Counted from the stretch's first letter, positions 9,058-19,787 are shown. The stretch: DNA of 64,000 nt from an uncultured Planctomycetota bacterium (GCA_963823665.1 CAWGMQ010000011.1:288001-352000), one strand, 5' to 3'. Made by a program: numbers and translations. The notes: generated from the sequence alone by a model not told the origin.

Positions 9058-9819
9058 GTGCGACAGTTTTCGATCCGGAAAATGATGCTCGGCGTCGTGG
9101 TACTGGCGATCGCGTCCGAGTTGATCGCCATGTGGGACAGAGCATGGGCCCGTGGTAGAGAAGTCCAGTGCGAGCAACATCTGCATGAAGTCGGTTTTGG
9201 TCTCCTCGGCTATCTCAACAGCCATTCCGCATTCCCGCCCGGCACGTGGCCGAACCCAGATCTCGCGCCGGAAGACAGAATCAGCTTGTGGGGCCCTGTC
9301 AGCCCCTATCTCGATCAACAGCTCTGGTTCGATGTTGCGCAAAGCGAAGCCTGGAACCATGCCGGTATCAACGACGAAGTATCAAGACACTGTGTTTACG
9401 CATCTGCGTGTTCCGAAGCAACTCGGCCGGTCACAGGGAAGCTGCAACCCATGAGCTACATCGCCATCGCCGGCGTGGGCGCCGACGCGCCGCTCGTGCT
9501 CAAGAGTGATCCCTGCGCGGGCGTGTTCGGCTATAATCGCCAGACCACGCTCGCTGACATCAAAGACGGCGCCGCGACCACGATGATGATCGCAGAAACA
9601 GCACAGGTCAGCGGTTCATGGTTTCAGGGCGGACCGGCAACCGTCCGCGGTCTGGATCAAGCTCAACAGCCCTACATCGGCCCCGCCCGGCAGTTCGGTG
9701 GATTGCACAGCGGCGGAGCGTACATCGTGATGGCCGACGGATCGGTTCGCTGGATCAGCGATTCGATTACCAGGAAGGCGTTCGAATCGTTGTCGACGAT
9801 CGCGGGAGGCGAGAAATGA
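9058..9819 (+). CDS. DUF1559 domain protein with H-X9-DG motif
   Basis: REVQCEQHLHEVGFGLLGY...FPPGT, IKDGAATTMMIAE, HSGGAYIVMADGSVRWI; GTG 9058 preferred; TATAAT at 9016-9021. Confidence 0.9.
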   Translation: MRQFSIRKMMLGVVVLAIASELIAMWDRAWARGREVQCEQHLHEVGFGLLGYLNSHSAFPPGTWPNPDLAPEDRISLWGPVSPYLDQQLWFDVAQSEAWNHAGINDEVSRHCVYASACSEATRPVTGKLQPMSYIAIAGVGADAPLVLKSDPCAGVFGYNRQTTLADIKDGAATTMMIAETAQVSGSWFQGGPATVRGLDQAQQPYIGPARQFGGLHSGGAYIVMADGSVRWISDSITRKAFESLSTIAGGEK

Positions 9820-10274
9820 TTCAGGCAAGCATTGACGAGATCGGCCGTTCAAATATTACCTGCCGCTTGTACAAGACGGAACAGCTCTGAACTTGAACAA
9901 AGGGGGTTGAGAGTGATCAAGATAACTGACTGAGTGCTGATCAAGGTAAGCGATGGGATGTCGTCGACCAGGCTGGCTCTCCGGGTAACAGCGGCCCTTT
10001 TTCCACCTCCTTCGGCGGAATCTGTGGGCTTGCCAGGCTCCGTTCCGGCTCGGCAAGAGGGGCTAGGGGCAACCACTTTGGGGGATCAGTCGGAGCGGGA
10101 CAGACCCCCTGATGCTCGAATCGTGATCCCAGCGCGAAAACGGGCAACGGAGGGATGTTGAATGCTCTTTGCGTCCCCGGTCAGAACGCGGCGCACGCCG
10201 TCGGCATCGGAGACCAAACAGCCGCCTGATCCACGGAGCCGGAGGCGGCGCCATCCGCAGTGTCGCGACTCGAG

Positions 10275-10808
10275 TCACTTCTTTTTTTTGTCCGCCTTGA
10301 TCCGCGGCTCGAAATACGCCTGGGCGAGGTCGTCCCAGTCGTGGTCCATGAACTCGCTGTCGAAATCACCAATTCGGTCGTATACGGAGTCGGGAAGGAT
10401 CGATCCCGCATCCTTGACGATTGCGCCATCGCGATGAACCTCGCTTCCCATGAGGACAAGCAATTCGTCGGTCGACTTGCTCGCAGCCGGGAAATGCTCT
10501 TCGATGAGGCCCTGGCAACGGTCGAGTAGCTTCGCGGTTTTTGCGGCACCGATCTTTTTGAACGCCCGGCTGGCATAGAGGTACGTTGGTCGTCCGCAGT
10601 TCACGAGGAACTGGATGTACCCGCCGTTGAAGATATGCGTGAGCGCTCGCTCGAGCGCGACCAGCTCACGCTGCCATTCTTCGGGAAGTGCCTCGAGTTC
10701 GTAGTTGACCGCTTCGTCGTATTTGTTCGCTGCGTCGTACCACTTCACAACGAAGACTCCGGTTGCTTTGGGCCTGATCAATGACACCCGCCACGGCACT
10801 GTTACCAA
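10275..10808 (-). CDS. DUF4375 / DMP19-like protein
   Basis: IFNGGYIQFLVNCG...AFKKIGAAKTAKLL; acidic C-terminus; start uncertain. Confidence 0.75.
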   Translation of the reverse strand: MVTVPWRVSLIRPKATGVFVVKWYDAANKYDEAVNYELEALPEEWQRELVALERALTHIFNGGYIQFLVNCGRPTYLYASRAFKKIGAAKTAKLLDRCQGLIEEHFPAASKSTDELLVLMGSEVHRDGAIVKDAGSILPDSVYDRIGDFDSEFMDHDWDDLAQAYFEPRIKADKKKK

Positions 10809-11061
10809 CTGTATGTTTGCACTATGATCAAATCAGATGAGCGCACGGCTGCTTCGATCGTGAACACCGTGAAACGGCCAGACGGATCGGAGAACTCATC
10901 GGAGAGCCGCCCATGGATCTGAGGCGTCGGATCTCCCCCTTCGTTAACTTTGTTGCCTCGTGTTCGAGACTGGCTCTGCACCACCCACGACAAGTCCCGA
11001 GTAGAGTTCGGTCCAGCGGTCATGACAGCTTGTCAATTCGGTTCCTCGATCCGCCTCACCT

Positions 11062-11654
11062 TCATCGACCGGTCCGTCCACCGCCAACTCCGAATCGCGC
11101 CGCATGTGCGTGCCCTCGGTCTCTCGGGCTGCGCCCTGTCCGCTTTGCACCGTTGCGCCTTTGCGTCACACCAGCTCCTGCCGCATAGATCATAAGCTCC
11201 CTGATCGTGAGCTGCCTTTTGCGAATCGTTGACACCAAGCTCCAAATGAGGAAGGCAAACGAACAGATCGCCAAACCGATCGAAATCAGAAACACAAAAT
11301 GCGCAATCAATTGATATGAATAGAAATCTATCAACGCTGCCTCGGTGCGTTGGGTCACGGATTGATTCGTGTTGCCACTATCCAGATCGTCGCACCAGCC
11401 ATTCCGAGAAACCATCCGACTGCTGCTGCAAGCGCCAGGTGCTGCGTGCCAGGAGCGAAGCCGGAATCACGGTGCCGCAACCAACTCCGGTGGCGTAACC
11501 ATTGCATCCAGAATTGCCAGACTCCACCCGCTATCAAGAAAATCGCCGGGCCGATTCCGTTCCAGCTCCAGCCCTGAGCGAGAACTGACATCACGGCCGC
11601 AGCGACGGAGACGATCAGCAGGATGAAGTCCATCGGATTCATCAAATCGCTCAC
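11062..11654 (-). CDS. Small membrane protein(s): two overlapping hydrophobic ORFs, possibly one frameshifted gene
   Basis: 11355-11654 has three TM-like segments; 11062-11415 has one plus RQLTIRELMIY. Confidence 0.45.
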
Positions 11655-11680
11655 AAGGGCTCAGGCCCTTGGTAGTCCGG

Positions 11681-12757
11681 TCAGAAGTACCACGTGTCGC
11701 CTTCGACCCTGGTCAAGACGACGCACCGCGTCGCCACCCGCCAGATAGCACGGAAAATAGGCGTATCATCATATCGATAGATGTATGGAAACGCGGCTGC
11801 AATCGCGCGAGTCGCGTGCACGGCATTGTAGTGAGGGATGTGCGGAAACAGATGGTGCACCACGTGCGTGCTGCCGATGTTGCAGTGGAGATAGTCGAGC
11901 AATCGACCGTACGGACGATCGACAGTCTGAAATGCGCCCAGTACTGACGTCCAATCCTTGGAACCGAAGTGTGGTACGTCGACATCGGTGTGGTGCAACC
12001 ATGTATAAGCAACAACCCACGCGTTGACGACGAGATAGGGGCCTCCGTAAACGAGCGCCGGCGCCATCCAACCGTCTCGACTCCCCCAGCACGCTAGAAG
12101 GATCATCGTACAGGCGATCCCTCCGCTCGAGACGATTGACTTCCATTTGCCGGGAGACAACCGGGTTGCGAACGGCCAGAAATGGCTTGTAGCGCGCCTG
12201 TGACGCGTCGATAGACCACCGATCGTTACATAGACAATCCATCCGATCAGAAAGTAGACCGAAATCACCAGCGGCCCGAAAGCCCATCCCAGCAGGCGCT
12301 GGATCCGAGCCCAAGTTCGCCCGGCGGCAGTTTCGATGGTCGGCGGCACATGGGTTTCACCTTCGTCAAGGTGGTTCGTGCGCGCGTGATGCCACGCGTG
12401 ACTCTTCCGCCAAGTAAAATAGGGTACCAGCAGGGCAGAGTGGAGAATGAAACCGACCGCCGTCTCAAGACGCTTTCGTCGTGAGAAGGCGTGGTGACCA
12501 CACTCATGCGCCAGAACCCATAGTCCATTCGCAATCGTTCCGTTGACAGCCGCGTAAACGATCCAGAACGGTGCGAAAGCCCACGCCTTGGGGATCGCGA
12601 GGTAGGCAGCCACTCCCAGGCCAATGGTCATCATCAGCAAAGAAGCCAGGCGCCTGAACGCGACGCGTTCGTTCGTTTCGAAGCAATGCGCAGGTATGAC
12701 CGTCATCAACTCACGCCGATCCGGGATGTGCAACTCTTCGGTCGATTTGCCACTCAT
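11681..12757 (-). CDS. Membrane fatty acid desaturase, delta-12/omega-6 (FAD2-like) type
   Basis: His boxes HECGHH, HAWHH, HVVHH; LHSALLVPYF, TWLHHTD, TVDRPYG, IPHYNA; AGGAG before ATG 12757. Confidence 0.93.
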   Translation of the reverse strand: MSGKSTEELHIPDRRELMTVIPAHCFETNERVAFRRLASLLMMTIGLGVAAYLAIPKAWAFAPFWIVYAAVNGTIANGLWVLAHECGHHAFSRRKRLETAVGFILHSALLVPYFTWRKSHAWHHARTNHLDEGETHVPPTIETAAGRTWARIQRLLGWAFGPLVISVYFLIGWIVYVTIGGLSTRHRRATSHFWPFATRLSPGKWKSIVSSGGIACTMILLACWGSRDGWMAPALVYGGPYLVVNAWVVAYTWLHHTDVDVPHFGSKDWTSVLGAFQTVDRPYGRLLDYLHCNIGSTHVVHHLFPHIPHYNAVHATRAIAAAFPYIYRYDDTPIFRAIWRVATRCVVLTRVEGDTWYF

Positions 12758-13152
12758 GGATGTCTCCTGATCGATTAGATGGCTCAAACTCCGGGCGATC
12801 GTGATCATCAGCAGCCTTGAGATCAGGAAGCGTGTCGCGACGACCGAACCTTACAAAAAGCTCCAGGATTCCTCGCCTCGGTGCGGCCTCGACCCGACGG
12901 CCTGGCTCCCCGGCGGGTACCAAGCCTGGCTCGAGTGTGGGGGGATTCTATCACATTTCCGTTCGCGGCGGTGAAAGGTTGCGGCCGTGACCTACGCCGC
13001 CCACCGGATGAAGTTCCAAAAGCTACGAGGACGTTCGTCAACTCTGGAGTGGTTCATGGCTGGAGTATACAAGATCCCAGTCACTTGCAAACGACATGAT
13101 CTCACCTCATTCTACATAAATCACCAGGCCCCAGGCCGACGGAGAACCATTT

Positions 13153-13860
13153 ATGTCTGCAAAAGAGATCCTCGAAGAGCTCAAAACATTCGGATCGCCA
13201 AGCATCAAGAAGGTGCTCAAGAACCACGGCGTTCAAGAGCCGTTCTTCGGCGTGAAGATCGGTGACATGAAAAAGATTCAGAAGCGAATCAAGAAAGACT
13301 ATCAACTCGCGCTCGATCTGTACGACACCGGCAATTACGACGCCATGTACCTGGCCGGGCTGGTCGCCGACGATGCCAAGATGACCAAAAAGGACCTCAA
13401 TCACTGGGCAATAACCGCGGTTGGAGGCGCACTGGCGTGTGCCACTGTCCCCTGGGTCGCAGCCGGAAGTAACCACGGCTACGAGATCGCGCTGGAGTGG
13501 ATCGAATCCGAAAAAGAAAACGTCGCGAGCGCCGGGTGGTCGACTCTGAGCAGCCTGGTCGCCCTGAAGGATGACGACGATCTTGACTTGCCCGGTCTGA
13601 AGCGACTCGTCGAGCGCGTCCGGAAGACGATTCATCAGCAGCCCGACGACGTGCGCGAAGCCATGAACGGCTTCTTGATCGCAATAGGCACCTACGTGCA
13701 GGAACTGAGCGACCTCGCTGCTCAGGCCGCGAAAAAGGTCGGCAAGGTTACGGTCGACATGGGTGAGACCGCTTGCGAGGTACCCGACGCGCTGGAGCGC
13801 ATCCAGAAGGCTCGCGAGACCGGAGTCATTGGTAAGAAACGCAAGACTGTGAAGTGCTAA
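13153..13860 (+). CDS. DNA alkylation repair (AlkD-like) family protein
   Basis: FGVKIGDMKKIQKRIKKDYQLALDLYDTGNYDAMYLAGL...VTVDMGETAC; GGAG upstream. Confidence 0.88.
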   Translation: MSAKEILEELKTFGSPSIKKVLKNHGVQEPFFGVKIGDMKKIQKRIKKDYQLALDLYDTGNYDAMYLAGLVADDAKMTKKDLNHWAITAVGGALACATVPWVAAGSNHGYEIALEWIESEKENVASAGWSTLSSLVALKDDDDLDLPGLKRLVERVRKTIHQQPDDVREAMNGFLIAIGTYVQELSDLAAQAAKKVGKVTVDMGETACEVPDALERIQKARETGVIGKKRKTVKC

Positions 13861-15262
13861 GCTGGCGCGTCCTCAACTCGCGGCTGTCCTGTCCGGGGCA
13901 CTTTCCCGCGCTTGGACTGCCCGGTGCCGCGCTCGCTTGCCAGGAAGGCCTGGATTCTCGGGTCAATCCGCTGCACGATCACGCTCCGCGCGGCAATCCG
14001 GCGGGCCTTCCTTGAGAGTGCGGCAGCGGCAGCGCCCGCGAATCGCTTCGGATCGCGATCGCCCCGGTGCAGCGCCAGCAGTTGAAACAGCGATGACCCG
14101 CCGGGCAGCCCTCGATAACCTTTTCGCAAGGCTTGCTCGATCGAGATCCATTTCTCGCGCGCCTGGCCGGGTACTGCCCCCGAGGTCGCTTTCGGCCAGT
14201 CGCCGGTCTGGGCGTGAAACGCGTCGGCCCATTTCAGGATCTGATCAATCGTGAGCGGCTGTGTGTGCCATGCATGCCTCATCCAGCCCTGCTCGACGAG
14301 CAATCGGGCGATCGACGTTCCACCCGGCAGGCCGCGTCGCCCGCTCACGAGCGCGTTGGAAACGGATTGCCACGTCTCGCCGGGTGCCTCACGAATCGGT
14401 CCTGACCTCGGGTTGGGCCATCGCTTTGTCCGGGCATGGAATGCTTCGGCCCACTTCAGAATCTGGGGGGTTTCAAGCGGCGGAGCGTAGTGCTGCGAGC
14501 GCACCTGGCGCCGCGCGATGAGCAGCCGGGGCAGCGATGAGCCACCCGGCAGTCCGCGTTGCCCGCTGTAAAGAGCGAAGTTGATCGCCGACCACGTCTC
14601 CTCAGGCGCCTCGAGAATCGCCACGGCCTTCGACCGGGGCCAGCGCCCGGTCCGACTGTATTCCGCGTCAGCCCACGCCAGGATCTGCTCCTCGGAGAGT
14701 GGCGCGCGATGGTCCGCCAGACGCTCCAGCATCAGCAGCCGCGCAATGAAGAACCACCCGGCATCCCTCGCCTTCCCGCGCGAAGCGCCTCGTCCACAAT
14801 GCCCCAACTGACACCGCCGGTGCCCGGAATCTCGCCCGAGGACGCCTTCGGCCACTCACCCGTCCGGACGCGCCAGACCTCCGCCCACGAAAGAATGTCG
14901 TCGATCGTCAACCGCGGCACGGCCCCGCCTTTCGCGCGTCGATGTTCGTCGATCAACCCCGCGAGCGCCCGTCGGCGCCGGAAGCCGCGCATCCCCAGCA
15001 AGAGCGCCGCAGCCACCAGCAGCCACGTCTCCCCGGGTGCCTCGGGTATCGGCCCCGATGCAAAAGTGGGCCAATCACCGTGACGCGAGAAAAAGCCGTC
15101 GGCCCACGACAGAACCTCATTCTCGTCCAGGTCGCGCGGCCCACCACGCCGTGTCCAATCCGCCTCCGCTTCCTCTCTAAGAAAGCGAAACCAGTGCGCG
15201 TGCAGATGCCGCCGGCGGCTTTTCCAATTCGTGGGGAGACCGAGTGACGATTCATGTTGCAT
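13857..15262 (-). CDS. Protein with five ~75-aa W-rich repeats; 1-bp frameshift near 14744
   Basis: Repeat consensus ILxWAD/E...TGxWP...SGxIxxAPGETW...AL..GxRGLPGGSSL..LL continues across ORFs 14732-15262 and 13857-14855. Confidence 0.85.
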
Positions 15263-15644
15263 CCTGATTTCTCCGCTACAACGGCCCGCTCATCTCCACC
15301 GCAGCCGGCCGGGCCGCAGTCCCGCTCCATGTATCGGCTATGAACCATGTGTGCCATAAAAAGCGTACGCAAGAGTGCGCGGCGGGACGTTTGAGTGACG
15401 AGAGCGAGCGCGAGTCGGTGGGGCGGGCGTTTTGCTGGTGGCCGGCCCTGATCGGCGGGCAGTCTCATGCGAGTCCGCGGGCTCTGGCTCGGCAGGCGCG
15501 CAGCGCTCTGCCGTGGCAACCTCCGAATCGGGCTCCACTCCCTCGCTCCGGCACGGATTACCTGGTATAAGCTTGTCGCGACGGGGGGCCTGGCATGGCC
15601 GTTATTCCGCTGTTCGACTCGCACCTGAGGAGAGTTTTGCCCCG

Positions 15645-17264
15645 ATGGCCGGCACACAGCGAATCCAGCATGTCGTGGTGCTGATGCTCGAGAACCGCTC
15701 GTTTGATCACATCTTCGGATATCGACCGGGTGTCAATGGGCTCAGCGGCAGCGAATTTAACTTGATCGAGCCCACAAAGCCCATCTCCGAACACAACCCC
15801 GCCTACTACGTCAGCAATGGTGCCCCCTTTGCCGTGCCCGTCGGCCAAGGGCCGGGCCATTCCTTCGCCGATGCAAATATTCAACAATTCAACAACAAGA
15901 ACGGCCCGGCTCGCGGCTTCCCCGCCAGGAATTCAGGCTTCGTCCGGAGCTACCAGACGGAGCTCCTCTTCGCCGACCGCGTCCGGCACGCAACCCCCGG
16001 CGAGGTCCGCGTCGTGATGGAAGCATTCGCGCCCGGCCGGCTGCCGTCGATCGATGCCTTGGCCGACGCATTCTGCGTCTGCGACAACTGGTATTCTGAA
16101 GTCCCGGGCCCGACACAGCCCAACCGCCTGTATATGCATGCCGCCACCTCGGCGGGCTACGCCTTGAACGACTGGTCGCACATCTTTGACTTCCGCACGA
16201 TTTACAACAGCTTGCAGGATGCCGGCCACTCCTGGGCCACCTATGACTTCGACCAGAACGAAGTCCAGGAGTTTTCACAGGTGAACAAACAAAAAGCATG
16301 TTTCCGCGACTTTGCGACGTCGTTTGCCTCGGATGTGCAGTCGGGTAAGCTGCCTGACTACTCGTTCGTCATTCCCCGGTTCATGAGCGCCGATTCCCCC
16401 GCCAATTCCCAGCACCCGCCCCAGGACGCCCGCTACGGCGATAACCTGATCGCCGACGTCTACGATGCGCTCCGGGCCAATAATGACGTCTGGCAGAAGA
16501 GCGTGCTGATCGTGTTGTATGACGAGCACGGGGGATTATACGACCACGTGATTCCGCCCTCGGAAGGCATTCCCAACCCCGACGGCATCAACTCACCGCC
16601 GCCGGGCTCCACGGTTTCCTGGGCGCCCCAGTTCAATTTCGATCGGCTGGGGCTGCGCGTGCCGGTGGTCATCGCGTCGCCCTGGGTGGCCAGGGGGAGA
16701 GTCGATTCCACTCGCTACCAGCACACGTCGGTGCTCGCGACGCTCAAGGCACTCTTCGGCCTTCCCAGCTTCCTGACCAAGCGCGACGCGTCGGCCAATA
16801 GCTTCGAGTCACTCTTCTCGGAGCTCTCGGCCCCGCGCACCGATACGCCCGAGACGCTCCCTCGCGCCACGCCCCCGCCCATAACCGTATCGCGTGACGA
16901 CCCGACGCACCCGGCCAATCAGCCGATGGATGTCACTCAGACCGAGATCGTGATGGGCGTGCACCAGATGGTTCGCGCGGCTGACCCCCGGATCGTCGAC
17001 GGAGCCGACCTGCACATGACCCAGGGTGACGCATCCACGTTCGTCCGCTGGGCCTATGCTCACATGTCCAAGCTAGCCAAATCGGCCGGCCAATTCCAGG
17101 TATACCGTTCGCGCGAGAAGTATCACTGGCGTCTCTGCGACTCGAAAGGCAAGCTGCTCGCCGAAGCCCCGGCAGGCTACGCGCGCCGCTCCGCGGCCCT
17201 GGCAGCCGTGAAGCATCTTCAAGCCGCCATCGCCAGCGCGAAGCTCAGCGAGGAAGGGCACTGA
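15645..17264 (+). CDS. Phosphoesterase / phospholipase C family enzyme with C-terminal DUF1508 (YegP-like) domain
   Basis: IQHVVVLMLENRSFDH, PGPTQPNR, YDEHGGLYDHV, LGLRVP; tail FQVYRSREKYHWRLCDSKGKLLAE...Y...AALAAV; GAGGAG before ATG 15645. Confidence 0.9.
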   Translation: MAGTQRIQHVVVLMLENRSFDHIFGYRPGVNGLSGSEFNLIEPTKPISEHNPAYYVSNGAPFAVPVGQGPGHSFADANIQQFNNKNGPARGFPARNSGFVRSYQTELLFADRVRHATPGEVRVVMEAFAPGRLPSIDALADAFCVCDNWYSEVPGPTQPNRLYMHAATSAGYALNDWSHIFDFRTIYNSLQDAGHSWATYDFDQNEVQEFSQVNKQKACFRDFATSFASDVQSGKLPDYSFVIPRFMSADSPANSQHPPQDARYGDNLIADVYDALRANNDVWQKSVLIVLYDEHGGLYDHVIPPSEGIPNPDGINSPPPGSTVSWAPQFNFDRLGLRVPVVIASPWVARGRVDSTRYQHTSVLATLKALFGLPSFLTKRDASANSFESLFSELSAPRTDTPETLPRATPPPITVSRDDPTHPANQPMDVTQTEIVMGVHQMVRAADPRIVDGADLHMTQGDASTFVRWAYAHMSKLAKSAGQFQVYRSREKYHWRLCDSKGKLLAEAPAGYARRSAALAAVKHLQAAIASAKLSEEGH

Positions 17265-17340
17265 GACTCAGATCACCACCGCGTGACCGCCGGCCCGCCG
17301 CCAGGCTTCCCCTGACAACGGGCGTTCCCCCGGTTAATAT

Positions 17341-17469
17341 AGTGTCGCCGTTCGCTCCGCGAAGGGACTTCTTTGTAGCAGGCACACCCCGTGTGCCGTC
17401 CGCACAGTGTCGCCCTTCGCTCCGCGAAGGGACTTTACTGTAGCAGGCACACTCCGTGTGCCGACCGCC
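17341..17469. repeat. Tandem pair of ~65-bp units, each with two REP-like hairpins
   Basis: Units start at 17341 and 17406; hairpins TTCGC-TCC-GCGAA and GTAG-CA-GGCACAC-(C/T)CC-GTGTGCC. Confidence 0.88.
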
Positions 17470-17494
17470 GAGTTACTGACAAGAGGCACAGATT

Positions 17495-17971
17495 TTGAAC
17501 CGAATCGCGCTGGCCCTTCGGGCCTTCTGGCGTGTGCTGACCGATCAAGACTTCGCGGCGCGGGTTGAACCGCTCTTCTCAAAGGCCCCCACGGGCCCCG
17601 ACCTTCGCGTACTGGCCGTGCTCCAGCGCGACGGGCGCCTGGTCGATTTTCTGGAGGAGGAAATCGACGGCTACAGCGACGCCCAGGTCGGCGCTGCGGT
17701 CCGCGACATCCACCGCTCCTGCCGCAAATCCCTGCACGACTATCTCACCATCGCGCCGGTCATCTCCGGCGCCGAGGAAGAGCGCGTCACGATCCCGGCG
17801 GATTTCGACCCCGCCGCAATCCGCCTGGTTGGCAACGTCACCGGCAGTCCGCCCTTCCAGGGCGTCTTGAAGCATCACGGCTGGCGCGTCAGCTCGGTGC
17901 ACCTCCCGGTGCTGCCGGTTGCCCGCGATGACTCTTCCGTGCTCTCGCCGGCCGAAGTGGAGATCCCCTGA
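17495..17971 (+). CDS. DUF2760 domain protein
   Basis: LAVLQRDGRLVDFLEEEIDGYSDAQVGAAVRDIH...GNVTGSPPFQGVLKHHGW...PAEVEI. Confidence 0.92.
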   Translation: MNRIALALRAFWRVLTDQDFAARVEPLFSKAPTGPDLRVLAVLQRDGRLVDFLEEEIDGYSDAQVGAAVRDIHRSCRKSLHDYLTIAPVISGAEEERVTIPADFDPAAIRLVGNVTGSPPFQGVLKHHGWRVSSVHLPVLPVARDDSSVLSPAEVEIP

Positions 17972-19782
17972 TGTCTCGCTATGTGATCGGGATCGATCTG
18001 GGAACGACCAATTCGGCGCTTGCGTATGTTGACTCGACAGCCGCCGCGGACAATGCCGCCGCGCCCGTCGAGCGCTTCGGCATTCCCCAGGTCGTCGCCG
18101 TGAATGATGTCTCGGAGAGGTCAGTGCTCCCCTCGTTTCTTTACATTGCCTCGCCGAAGGAGTTTCCGCCGGGTGCCCTCGAGCTGCCCTGGAAAGGTCC
18201 CCAGGAGCGCGCGGTCGGCTCGTTCGCCCGCGACCACGGCGCAAAGGTTCCCGTGCGTCTGGTCGGCTCGGCCAAGAGCTGGCTCTCGCACCAGGGCGTC
18301 GACAGGCGGTCGGCCATCCTGCCATGGTCTGCCCCCGAGGATGTTCCGCGGGTCTCGCCCGTCGATGCGTCGTCGGCATTCCTCGAGCATCTGCGCGAGG
18401 CCTGGAACGCGCGCAAGCCTGCCAAGGCCACTGCCGAGCGGCTCGAGAATCAAGAGATCCTGCTGACCGTTCCCGCATCGTTCGACCCGGATGCCCGCGA
18501 GCTGACGATCGAGGCGGCTAACAAGGCCGGTCTCAAGAATGTCACGCTGCTTGAGGAGCCGCAGGCCGCCTTCTACGCCTGGCTCGCGTGCCAGGGCGAA
18601 AAATGGCGCAAGAAAGTGAAAGCAGGCGACATCATCCTGGTGTGTGACGTCGGCGGCGGCACGACCGACTTCACGTTGATCGCCGTCAAGGATGAAGCGG
18701 GTGACCTGGTGCTCTCGCGTCTGGCGGTGGGCGAGCACATCCTCCTGGGCGGCGACAACATGGACCTCGCCCTGGCCTACGCGGTAGCCGGCACGCTGCC
18801 CAAGGGCATGGAGGGCCTCGACACGTCCCAGCGCATCGCCCTGCTCTACGCCTGCCGGGGCGCCAAGGAATTGCTCTTCACCGAGCCCAAGAAGACCGTG
18901 GCGCCCGTGAGTGTGCTCGGCCGTGGTTCCAAGGTGATCGGGGGCTCGATCAAGACCGAGCTGACTCGCGAGATGCTGAATTCGGTGCTACTCGAGGGTT
19001 TCCTGCCGTCGTGTGGGCCAACGGATCTCCCTGCTCGCGGCCGCCGGACCGGCTTGACAGAGATCGGTCTTCCGTATGCGGCGGATGCCGCAATCACGCG
19101 CCACCTGGCGCGGTTCCTAGGTCAGCAAGCGGGCTCGCTGCATTCGGGCGGGCCGCTCGTGTTGCCGTCGGCAGTGTTATTCAACGGCGGCGTGTTCAAG
19201 GCCCGCGAATTGCGGCGGCGCGTTCTCGACGTGCTTTCAAGCTGGGTAGGGCGCGCGGTCCCCGAGCTCGAGTCGTCTGATCTGGATCTGGCCGTCGCGC
19301 ATGGGGCGGCATATTACGGACAAGTTCGTCGCGGCAAGGGCGTGCGGATTCGCGGTGGTGTTTCGCGGTCGTATTACGTCGGTCTGGAAACAGCCGCCCC
19401 CGCAGTCCCGGGCATTCCGCCGCCGATCAAGGCGCTCTGTGTTGTCCCCATGGGCATGGAAGAAGGCACGGAGACCGATGTTCCCGGCCCCGAGATCGGC
19501 CTGATCGTCGGCGAGCCGGTCCATTTTCGCTTCCTGGGCTCGACCGTCCGCCGCGACGATGCACCAGGCACAATCCTCGACCGCTGGAGCAGCGACGAGC
19601 TCGAGGAGCTCACTCCCCTGGAAACAGCCCTCGAAGCCGCCGACCTCAAGCCCGGCGAGCCCGTCCCCGTGCGCCTGCACTCGCGAGTCAACGAAGTCGG
19701 CACCCTCGAGCTCGCCTGCCAGAGCACCCGCGATCAAAGGCGCTGGAAACTAGAATACAGCGTGCGCGAACCAACCGAGTAA
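17971..19782 (+). CDS. Hsp70-family (atypical DnaK-like) protein
   Basis: GIDLGTTNS, TVPASFD, LLEEPQAA, DVGGGTTD, LGGDNMD, LFNGG. Confidence 0.93.
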   Translation: MSRYVIGIDLGTTNSALAYVDSTAAADNAAAPVERFGIPQVVAVNDVSERSVLPSFLYIASPKEFPPGALELPWKGPQERAVGSFARDHGAKVPVRLVGSAKSWLSHQGVDRRSAILPWSAPEDVPRVSPVDASSAFLEHLREAWNARKPAKATAERLENQEILLTVPASFDPDARELTIEAANKAGLKNVTLLEEPQAAFYAWLACQGEKWRKKVKAGDIILVCDVGGGTTDFTLIAVKDEAGDLVLSRLAVGEHILLGGDNMDLALAYAVAGTLPKGMEGLDTSQRIALLYACRGAKELLFTEPKKTVAPVSVLGRGSKVIGGSIKTELTREMLNSVLLEGFLPSCGPTDLPARGRRTGLTEIGLPYAADAAITRHLARFLGQQAGSLHSGGPLVLPSAVLFNGGVFKARELRRRVLDVLSSWVGRAVPELESSDLDLAVAHGAAYYGQVRRGKGVRIRGGVSRSYYVGLETAAPAVPGIPPPIKALCVVPMGMEEGTETDVPGPEIGLIVGEPVHFRFLGSTVRRDDAPGTILDRWSSDELEELTPLETALEAADLKPGEPVPVRLHSRVNEVGTLELACQSTRDQRRWKLEYSVREPTE

Positions 19783-19787
19783 CGATC

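Noticed and set aside
9860..10170. IS end or structured RNA
   Set aside because: Vaguely like an IS leader, but no TIR pair, transposase or convincing fold.
2382..12757. Integron cassette array
   Set aside because: No integrase and no recurring attC-like sites; only one weak hairpin near 2914-2955.
17341..17469. CRISPR array
   Set aside because: Two units, no unique spacers, no cas genes; REP-like hairpins explain it.
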